From the NCBI GenBank assembly GCA_020444175.1, contig JAHLLM010000004.1:13399-77398 (forward strand): a DNA stretch of 64,000 nt, given 5' to 3'. Each line of letters starts with the position of its first letter. The first letter of the stretch is position 1. Source of the stretch: Desulfobulbaceae bacterium (lineage in GTDB: Bacteria; Desulfobacterota; Desulfobulbia; Desulfobulbales; SURF-16). The notes beneath the pieces are model-generated. The model saw only the letters and a list, made by a program, of their open reading frames with translations, was not told the origin of the DNA and did no database searches. A program made the translations under genes and the position numbers. Below are positions 1-7,519 of the stretch, piece by piece.

Positions 1-1319
1 TTAAGCAGCATGTCCACGGCCCACAACTGGTAAAAAGGGGTGTTCATTGTTTCGCCAAAGTAGGAATTGCTCGGGAACGCAACATTTTCATCCCATAATT
101 GATATATTGATGTGGGGGGAGTTTTGCTGGTTGTCACTGAATCATGGCTGAAAGAAAAAGCAGTTCCGTCAGGGAAAATTCCTTGGGGACCTTCTATGAC
201 GTTGTCATGGGGAACGGCATAGGGACTGTTGTCTGTTACGGTTGTGCTTTCAGTCCATTTATCTGTATGAATGTCGATGCCGTAATTGTTCAGCAGCCAC
301 TGGTCGATGCGTATGGTGTTATCGTTGCTCGATCGTAATGATTCAGGAAGATGGAAATAGGCATCATTGGTATAGGGCAGGCCGGTATCCATAAGAAGGT
401 GGACAACAATATCATTATCGCTTGCGGTTGAATATGAAGCGCCATGACCGCCCATGCCGAGTGCTGCCCTGCCGTATGGGCTCATTGAGATAATGATCGG
501 TTTATTGTCTTTTTCAAGGTCCATTACATCGGCATAAGACGGAGCCGTCATGTTGAACATATCCATGCTGTGTCGAGGCGCATCGTTAAAGGCAAGTGGG
601 AAAGAGTCGCCCAGTTTTATATTATTGCCCACTATGCCGTGTATTCCCGGGGTGGCGCCGGTACCGATCACGGTATGTGATACGGCGGTTCGAGAACCGG
701 CATAGCTCAGGCGCGCATTCGGGTAATACGTTCCTTTATGAATCAGTTCCTTACTCGTAAACTGCCAGGCCTCTTTTATTTGCGGATTGGTGAAGTAATC
801 GGCCCGGGCCTGGTCAAGAGTGAACACTAAAGCGACTTTGGGCGGCGGAGTGGAGGAACAATTATTTTTGTGATGTTTTTTCGTCCAGGGCAATGAGTTT
901 TTCAGGGCATCTGACAAAATATTGCCATTGGAATCATCCGGGATAGCAGTACTCAGAATCGTTGCCAACGTTGGGACAATATCTTCGTTTGAAACCTGGG
1001 CTGTTGAGACAGCTCCCTTTTTGATGCCTTTTCCGTAGAGCAGAAGCGGGATGCGTGTATCCGATTCCCAGGCAAAGCCGTGGGAACAGGCAAAAGTAGC
1101 ATTTGCAGATGAACTGGTTAATACATCAGGAAGGTAGACAACGTTGAGTTCGGGAGTACGGTCTTCATGGTTCGGGGCAAAATTACGTTGATACATTGGG
1201 AGGAAGTCGGGGTTTTCGTCGACTTCAGCCCCTGTGGCGCTTTCTGTTGAAAACAGACACAGCATGCTCATCAAGGCGACGCTGCCCCATGCTGTTACAT
1301 GTTTTGGGGGAAATTTCAT
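1..1319 (-). CDS. Secreted alkaline-phosphatase-superfamily protein (nucleotide pyrophosphatase/phosphodiesterase-like); 3' end lies outside the window
   Basis: Absent from the ORF track because it runs off the window. My minus-strand translation from ATG 1319..1317 stays open to position 1. It starts MKFPPKHVTAWGSVALMSMLCLFSTESATGAEV (signal-like). Later motifs: CSHGFAWESDTRIPLLLYGKG, ALVFTLDQARADY and SRTAVSHTVIGTGATPGIHGIVGNN, typical of AlkP/NPP metal-ligand and nucleophile regions. Confidence 0.6.
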   Translation of the reverse strand, partial: MKFPPKHVTAWGSVALMSMLCLFSTESATGAEVDENPDFLPMYQRNFAPNHEDRTPELNVVYLPDVLTSSSANATFACSHGFAWESDTRIPLLLYGKGIKKGAVSTAQVSNEDIVPTLATILSTAIPDDSNGNILSDALKNSLPWTKKHHKNNCSSTPPPKVALVFTLDQARADYFTNPQIKEAWQFTSKELIHKGTYYPNARLSYAGSRTAVSHTVIGTGATPGIHGIVGNNIKLGDSFPLAFNDAPRHSMDMFNMTAPSYADVMDLEKDNKPIIISMSPYGRAALGMGGHGASYSTASDNDIVVHLLMDTGLPYTNDAYFHLPESLRSSNDNTIRIDQWLLNNYGIDIHTDKWTESTTVTDNSPYAVPHDNVIEGPQGIFPDGTAFSFSHDSVTTSKTPPTSIYQLWDENVAFPSNSYFGETMNTPFYQLWAVDMLL

Positions 1320-2128
1320 TTTTTTCTGTCCTTTTTGTTTTTTTTCTCATCAATTAGCCATGCTCTCAAGGTTACGTTGTTTTGCTGTCTGGCTAATGTC
1401 TCAAAATCATATGGGTTTATTTGATTTTTAAAACGAACGATTTGTGTCAGGGAAATCCGGAAAATCGACGCACAGGCACCTCCTTTATTTTTTAATGTGT
1501 GTGAGGGATTTATAATAAATAGGTAATGACGATTTGTAAAATAGAAAATTACTATTTCTGGGCGGGCGTTTTTCAAGAAAATAAGAGCAGAATCAGTCCA
1601 TTGCGCCGTTACCTTTGCTGTGGGAATGGTTCTGGTACATCATTTTTCCACTTTGAGTGGAGCCGGTTGGTTATCTGGGTTTATCTCTTTGCAAGAGAAA
1701 ATATGAAGAGGTATTGGATTTTTTTTGACACGCACTGCCTGTGCGTGTCAATTTCGCCGGATTGATATCAATAAAAATGAAAAACTGATAAGATGACTTT
1801 GTGGAATTTTTTCTGGGGTCAATGCCTGCCTGCGGACCGGGATGGTATCTCTTTGAAAAGAAAGGTTATTCCTGGTATGTAATGAAGAAAGGGAAGGGTG
1901 AAAAAATTCTGGAGTGAACCAGGCGCTGGTCAAATAGCAACAGGTTCCACACGTTATGGCGGCGGCGAGGTGTTTACTGAGTCAAGGGCTATAAATGCCG
2001 GGTCATCAAAAATGACAAAGCCGGTTGAATGTGTCATTGTTTATGGCAGTGCTGCAATGCCAAAAGGCGCTCACCTTGGGGCAATTGGTCAGGATTATTT
2101 TTGATTTCTGGAAAAAAATGAGGCAGTT

Positions 2129-2908
2129 ATGAATACAATTCCATCTCTCTTTATTTCCCACGGGCCTCCTTCTGTTGCCTTTATGAAAAATGAAACCTCT
2201 GGTTTTCTGAAAAGTGCCGGTCGGATGTTCCCGACTCCCACTGCAATTATTTCCGTTTCTGCCCACTGGGAAGCGCTGTATGCCAAAGTAACAAGTTCGG
2301 ATAATCCTCAGATACGATATGATTTTTCCGGTCCCAAAGGTTTCATGGAGATGTCCTATGAGACGCAAGGCCGTCCGGAGTTGGCCCAAAAGGTCACTTC
2401 TCTGCTCAATCAGGCCGGGATCAAGGCCGAACTTGATGAAAACCAGGGATTTGATCATGGAACCTGGATACCTTTAATGATGATGTATCCCAGCACGAAG
2501 ATTCCGATCATTCAGATTTCCCTGCAGACAGAAGAGAGGGGGCAATATCATTTTGACCTTGGCCGGGCGCTTCGTCCCCTTCGGGATGAAGGTGCGCTCA
2601 TCATGGGCACTGGTGGGGCTGTGCATAATCTAGATGAAATACGGAAATATTCTCTTGATGCGGAGCCGCCGGACTACGTCCGGGCTTTTGATACCTGGCT
2701 TGAAGACAATATAAGCCAGGGTAATATTGAACAGTTGATAAATTATAAAAAAGAAGCCCCTGATTTTGATAAATGTCATCCCTACCCCGCAGAGCATTTT
2801 TTGCCCATGTTTGTTGCGCTCGGGGCCGGAAGTGATCCGAAAGGCCGCCTCCTGCACCGTTCGTTTCTGTATGGGACATTGTCGATGGCTTCCTATGCTT
2901 GGGACTAG
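2129..2908 (+). CDS. ygiD: Class III extradiol dioxygenase, 4,5-DOPA dioxygenase (YgiD/LigB) family
   Basis: 259 aa. Colinear with E. coli YgiD as I recall it: PSLFISHGPP, ISVSAHWE, GFDHGTWIPL, HFDLGRALRPLRDEGALIMGTGGAVHNL, AEHFLPMFVALGA. Confidence 0.75.
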   Translation: MNTIPSLFISHGPPSVAFMKNETSGFLKSAGRMFPTPTAIISVSAHWEALYAKVTSSDNPQIRYDFSGPKGFMEMSYETQGRPELAQKVTSLLNQAGIKAELDENQGFDHGTWIPLMMMYPSTKIPIIQISLQTEERGQYHFDLGRALRPLRDEGALIMGTGGAVHNLDEIRKYSLDAEPPDYVRAFDTWLEDNISQGNIEQLINYKKEAPDFDKCHPYPAEHFLPMFVALGAGSDPKGRLLHRSFLYGTLSMASYAWD

Positions 2909-2926
2909 AAAATCACACGCGAAACC

Positions 2927-3775
2927 ATGAAGAAAAAAGCACTTCTTGCCAGCGACATGGACGGGACGGTTATCCCTCTGGAGTCCGGACAGGACCGGGA
3001 TGATGAAATACTTCAATTTAAGCGATTGATGGAGGAAAATCCACACGTGGCTCTTGCTTATGTGACGGGAAGGCATCTTGAGCTTGGTCTGGAGGGTATT
3101 CAGGAATACCATCTCCCTTATCCCGATATTTTTGTCTGTGACGTGGGAACATCGATTTATTTCCACAGTGCTGAAGGCTGGCAAAAGGATAAAGAATACC
3201 GGGAAGAACTAAAAAAATCCTGGAACGGAAGAACAGGTCCGGATATTGCCAGGCTGCTTGAGGAGATTTCATTTCTTACGTCCCAGGAGCCAGAAAAGCA
3301 GAAAGAATTTAAGCAGAGTTATTACGCTTCCCGAAAAATTGATGCTGACCGCATAGTGAAAGCGATTCATGCCGTTCTCGATGAGTATGCTCTAACCGCC
3401 AATGTCATTTATAGTGTTGATTCAAAGAAAGATATCGGGCTTGTTGACGTGCTGCCCGAGATTGCCGCCAAGGATTACGCCCTGGCATATTTGTGTCAGA
3501 AATTGGCGCTTCCCAAAGAAAAGGTCGTTTACGCAGGCGATTCCGGCAACGATCTGCTTGCCTTTGTCAGCGGATTTCGTGCAATTGTCGTGGCCAATAC
3601 TGACGAAGGTGTCAAAGAGACGGTGCGCCGTCAGTCAGGAGAGAAAGGCATTGCGGAGATGATTTTTTTTGCATCTGATAAGTATGTGGCAGGTGTCATG
3701 GAAGGTTGTTATCATTTTGAACTTCTGGGGAAGCCTGCTCTTTCGCGATCCGGTAATTTTTCCAAGATTCAATGA
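2927..3775 (+). CDS. HAD-IIB family hydrolase (sucrose-6-phosphate-phosphatase-like sugar-phosphate phosphatase)
   Basis: 282 aa. HAD motif I is SDMDGTV, motif IV is GDSGNDL. The cap region resembles the SPP-like subfamily. Its stop overlaps the next gene's start (ATGA at 3772-3775). Confidence 0.65.
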   Translation: MKKKALLASDMDGTVIPLESGQDRDDEILQFKRLMEENPHVALAYVTGRHLELGLEGIQEYHLPYPDIFVCDVGTSIYFHSAEGWQKDKEYREELKKSWNGRTGPDIARLLEEISFLTSQEPEKQKEFKQSYYASRKIDADRIVKAIHAVLDEYALTANVIYSVDSKKDIGLVDVLPEIAAKDYALAYLCQKLALPKEKVVYAGDSGNDLLAFVSGFRAIVVANTDEGVKETVRRQSGEKGIAEMIFFASDKYVAGVMEGCYHFELLGKPALSRSGNFSKIQ

Positions 3776-5184
3776 GCGGATATCTAAGCATGTTTTCTTC
3801 AGTTCTTTCTAAAATATTCACCCGGGGTAATGATCTTGAAACTCCTGACCGGGTGACTTTTTCCTGGTTGCTTCACTTCAGGTGGCTCACTGTTGCGAGT
3901 CTTTTTTTCCTGATCAGCGCGGCGTACAATGTTTTTGAAGTGAATGCCTCTCTGCTTATTTCTCTGATTCTGGTGATGGTCGTTGTTGCCAGCAACATTG
4001 CCTTTTATGTCCTGCTGGCCAAGGAAGAGGTTATATCCCACAGGCTGACCACGGCTGTCATGGTTTTTGACGTGAGCCTGCTTACTGCGCTCTTTACGCA
4101 GATTTCCTGTTCTCTGAATCCTTTTATCATCCTGTATATCCTCTATGTTTTTCTTGGGGCAACTCTTTTGCGCTTCAGGGATGCCTGCATTTTAATTTGT
4201 TTTTCTGTCTGCTGCTATGCCGTCTTCTACTTTTTTTTGTCAGATCCAATGGTTATGGGGGACGAGGCCTTCAGGAAAGTGGCGGCCCGCGGCATGCTTC
4301 CCCCGCAGGATTATATGGGAGCGTTTACGTTCTTTGTTGAAAATATCAAGGCTGACCTGGAGTCTTACTCAAATTTATTGTTTGCCGTGGTTTTGCTTGC
4401 CATGATTACCATTGGTTTTCTTGTCATCAAGATGAAGAAATCAATGGATGAGCAGCAAAAGATGACCAAAGACTATGAAACTATCAAAATCCGGTCTGAA
4501 AAACTCGCTTCACTGGCAACGCTTGCCGCAGGTGCAGCCCATGAATTTTCCACGCCATTGTCAACCATAGCCGTTGCGTCCGGGGAGATGCTTCATTATC
4601 TCAGGGAGCAGGGGGGAAGCCCGGACATGATTGAAGATACCAGGCTGATACGGGAACAGATTGGCAGGTGTAAAGAGATTTTGTACCAGATGTCGGCAGA
4701 TGCAGGAGAAAATCTTGGCGAGAATGCTGAAACATTTTTTGTTTCCGAAATCATAAATGAAATACCAAAGGTGCTCTCCTCTGAGTTGTATGGGGATGTT
4801 TCATTTGTAAATAAGATTGGCGATCTGCAGGTTACCATGCCTGTCCGCACATTGTTGCGCACCTTGAGAGGGGTATTGAAAAATGCCTTGGAGGCTTCTG
4901 AAGGGGAGGGACCTGTTGAATTTATATGCGATTTGACACAGACGCATCTCCTCTTTCAGGTAAAGGATCATGGCTCAGGCATGGACGAAGAGATGGTAAA
5001 GCGGGCCACGGAGCCATTTTTTACCACCAAGGAACCGGGGAAAGGCATGGGGCTCGGTCTTTATCTTGCCCAGGTCTTTGTGGAGAAATATGACGGATCA
5101 CTTGAATTTGATTCAGAGCCCGGCAAGGGAACAACTGTGACCCTGAGTTTTTCCAGGCACAGTATTCAGGGCAAAGAGTGCTGA
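3772..5184 (+). CDS. Membrane sensor histidine kinase, RegB/PrrB/ActS-like architecture
   Basis: 470 aa with about 6 N-terminal TM helices. A TM-embedded SCSLNPF resembles the RegB GGxxNPF motif. H-box is AAGAAHEFSTPLSTI. HATPase_c G-boxes are DHGSGM and GKGMGLGLYLA. Confidence 0.7.
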   Translation: MSGYLSMFSSVLSKIFTRGNDLETPDRVTFSWLLHFRWLTVASLFFLISAAYNVFEVNASLLISLILVMVVVASNIAFYVLLAKEEVISHRLTTAVMVFDVSLLTALFTQISCSLNPFIILYILYVFLGATLLRFRDACILICFSVCCYAVFYFFLSDPMVMGDEAFRKVAARGMLPPQDYMGAFTFFVENIKADLESYSNLLFAVVLLAMITIGFLVIKMKKSMDEQQKMTKDYETIKIRSEKLASLATLAAGAAHEFSTPLSTIAVASGEMLHYLREQGGSPDMIEDTRLIREQIGRCKEILYQMSADAGENLGENAETFFVSEIINEIPKVLSSELYGDVSFVNKIGDLQVTMPVRTLLRTLRGVLKNALEASEGEGPVEFICDLTQTHLLFQVKDHGSGMDEEMVKRATEPFFTTKEPGKGMGLGLYLAQVFVEKYDGSLEFDSEPGKGTTVTLSFSRHSIQGKEC

Positions 5185-5214
5185 GTTTGTCTTGCCTGAG
5201 GAGGTAATTACCCT

Positions 5215-6045
5215 ATGGAACGGATAAAAAAGTGCGTGGCCCATTGTGCCCACTCGCCTCTGTCTGAGATTCTATCAACAGCCGGGCAGGCAGCCCTTGA
5301 GGCGGGGAAGATTCTCCGAAATCTCTACTCCCAACCCCATCAGGTGCGATATAAGGGTGAAATTGACCTGGTCACCGAAGCCGATGTTGCCGCGGAAAAA
5401 AAGATTCTTGATATTTTTTCCCGCAGGTGCCCCGACGTCGCTATTCTGGCAGAGGAGTCCCATGCTGATTACACGAGCGTGCCGAAAGGAGCTGTCTGGA
5501 TTATTGACCCTCTGGACGGGACCACCAATTTTGCCCACAATTTTCCCTGGTTTGCCGTGTCTATCGGCTATGCGGAAAAGGGAGAAGGCCTTGCCGGTGT
5601 TATTTATGCTCCAATGCTTGATGAATTGTTCTGTGCCTGTAAAGGGTATGGAGCCTGGCTGAACGGAGAAAAGATAACGGTTTCCGGAACAGGCGATTTG
5701 GGGAAATCTCTTTTTGCCACGGGTTTTCCCTATGATGTTCGCCAAAAGCCTGAATCGGTTATTGCTGCCCTTGAGAAGGTGTTGACCCGAAGTCAGGGCA
5801 TCAGGAGAGCAGGTGCTGCAGCTCTTGATCTGGCCTATGTTGCCTGCGGCAGGCTTGATGGCTTCTGGGAGATTAAATTGAAGCCGTGGGATACGGCAGC
5901 CGGCTACCTGCTGGTGCAGGAAGCCGGTGGCAGGGTCACTGATTTCAGGGGTCGGACATATTCGCCTTTTGATGGCGAAATCTGTGCTTCAAACGCACTC
6001 GTTCATGACGGGATGACGGATATTCTCAAGGAATTTTCTTTTTAG
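5215..6045 (+). CDS. suhB: Inositol monophosphatase family protein
   Basis: 276 aa. IMPase signatures: AEESH, WIIDPLDGTTNFAH, WDTAAG. Confidence 0.85.
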   Translation: MERIKKCVAHCAHSPLSEILSTAGQAALEAGKILRNLYSQPHQVRYKGEIDLVTEADVAAEKKILDIFSRRCPDVAILAEESHADYTSVPKGAVWIIDPLDGTTNFAHNFPWFAVSIGYAEKGEGLAGVIYAPMLDELFCACKGYGAWLNGEKITVSGTGDLGKSLFATGFPYDVRQKPESVIAALEKVLTRSQGIRRAGAAALDLAYVACGRLDGFWEIKLKPWDTAAGYLLVQEAGGRVTDFRGRTYSPFDGEICASNALVHDGMTDILKEFSF

Positions 6046-6769
6046 TCCTGGCTGATTTTTTTCTGGAATACCCTGTTAAGCCAGCGAGGCCTGTGCCGAA
6101 AAGCAGCATGGTTCCCGGCTCCGGAATTGGGTTAGTCGGTCCCGGTCCCGGCTCGTCGCTTGTAATGACAAGGGTGCTTGACAGATAAATTGATATTCCG
6201 CTTAAATCGTCATGTTGTTCCAGGTAGAAACCGGAATTTGGGGCAGACTCGGAAAGGGTTAGTGTAATAACCGCTGTTTCAAAGTCGTCCAGGGAAAAAT
6301 GCCAGCCCATACCCATTGACACGTCGTCTTGAGTTATATTCTCATCATCATTGAAGATTGTTTTGTCAAGGTCTCCGCCTAATAGGTGACTGTGTATATC
6401 TCCTGTTTTGTCGCCGTCATAAATAGCCCAGTAACCCGGCTCATCAATCTCCCAGGTCTGGCCAGCCTCAGCAGTCCCATATGCGCTTCCCGATTCGTTA
6501 AAGAAGGAATTTACACTAGTTTCAATATCATGGTCAAAGACTGCCAGAAAGGTGTGGGCGCCGAACTCACTCGTTTGCCATGTCAGTGTGCCGAGGCCTG
6601 TCTCGGATATGAACCCCGTATTGTCAACAGTTCCCATATAAGGTTTGTAAAAGTATGCCCCGTCAATGTTAAATCCCCAGTCAAAGAGATCTATCTGCGT
6701 GGCTGAAACATTCTGACAGCCAAATGCCAGGATAAGAAATGTCAGCGTGCATGCTTTACATGTTTTCAT
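6026..6769 (-). CDS. PEP-CTERM sorting-domain protein (exosortase substrate), N-terminal domain unknown
   Basis: 247 aa with a signal peptide. C-terminus is PIPEPGTMLLFGTGLAGLTGYSRKK (PEP motif, TM helix, basic tail). Lies 18 bp downstream of the preceding gene. Its 3' end overlaps suhB convergently by 20 bp. Confidence 0.85.
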   Translation of the reverse strand: MKTCKACTLTFLILAFGCQNVSATQIDLFDWGFNIDGAYFYKPYMGTVDNTGFISETGLGTLTWQTSEFGAHTFLAVFDHDIETSVNSFFNESGSAYGTAEAGQTWEIDEPGYWAIYDGDKTGDIHSHLLGGDLDKTIFNDDENITQDDVSMGMGWHFSLDDFETAVITLTLSESAPNSGFYLEQHDDLSGISIYLSSTLVITSDEPGPGPTNPIPEPGTMLLFGTGLAGLTGYSRKKSARTKKKIP

Positions 6770-6787
6770 CTTTCTTCTCCCCTTTTA

Positions 6788-7519
6788 TCAGTTTTTAGCC
6801 TTAATTAATACTGTTACAGAAGTACCTGCCTGGGGCACGAGCTGTTCGTTTACAAACCAGATCTCATCGTTATTGCCGCTTTCCGCCTCATGGTCGATGA
6901 GTGCTGTCGGATCGTGATAGACGGCGGCAATGGAGCCTTGCACCTGTGCTTGAAATACTCCGTCCATGACAAATGATCCTGTGTATTTCCAGGCAAGTGA
7001 AACGGGTTTATTGGTGTTGTTTTGCCTTGTTTCGATCCAGGTATCCGCTGGAACTCGTTGGTTCTTGTTCCCGTCATGATAAATAATTGTTATTTCAACA
7101 GGGTCGCCGGCAGGGATTTCGGAGGCGCCCTGCTCAGTGAGGGGCTTGTCGGTTCCTTCAAAACCCAGCAGTAAGAAGGCAATATTCAGAAAATAGGGAT
7201 CCGTATCGGTGCGCAGCAGACTTTCATGGGTTTTCCCCTGTGACTGCACCAGCAGATACTCCAGTAATCCTTTATCCATATTGACCTGGGCCGGGAAAGT
7301 AATGCTGCGGGCCTTTTTGTGAATTTGAATTTCTCCAATGCGGTAAACTCCAGGAGCAATTTTTTCAATTGCCGGCTCAATATTTCTGCCTTCCGCTCCG
7401 GGCAAAGGCGTTCCCGGCTCAGCTGATACATTGCCGGCAGCCAGTATGAACAATACTATTGCCGTGAGCAGAAGACTTGCCCGTCGAAGTGATTTTGTTT
7501 TCAGTTTTTTCATGTGCAT
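6788..7519 (-). CDS. Secreted protein of unknown function (possibly YdjY-like domain)
   Basis: 243 aa with a signal peptide (LLLTAIVLFILAAGNVSA). The motif GLLEYLLVQSQGKTHESLL reminds me of YdjY-domain proteins. The ATG (7519..7517) directly abuts the RHS stop codon (7520..7522). The CDS is solid; the family call is weak. Confidence 0.55.
   Translation of the reverse strand: MHMKKLKTKSLRRASLLLTAIVLFILAAGNVSAEPGTPLPGAEGRNIEPAIEKIAPGVYRIGEIQIHKKARSITFPAQVNMDKGLLEYLLVQSQGKTHESLLRTDTDPYFLNIAFLLLGFEGTDKPLTEQGASEIPAGDPVEITIIYHDGNKNQRVPADTWIETRQNNTNKPVSLAWKYTGSFVMDGVFQAQVQGSIAAVYHDPTALIDHEAESGNNDEIWFVNEQLVPQAGTSVTVLIKAKN

Noticed and set aside
1320-2128. Small ORFs in the 800-bp gap (1234..1431, 1526..1765, 1748..1933, 1898..2104).
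   Set aside because: They have no RBS, no motifs and mutually overlapping frames. The region is better treated as non-coding or regulatory.
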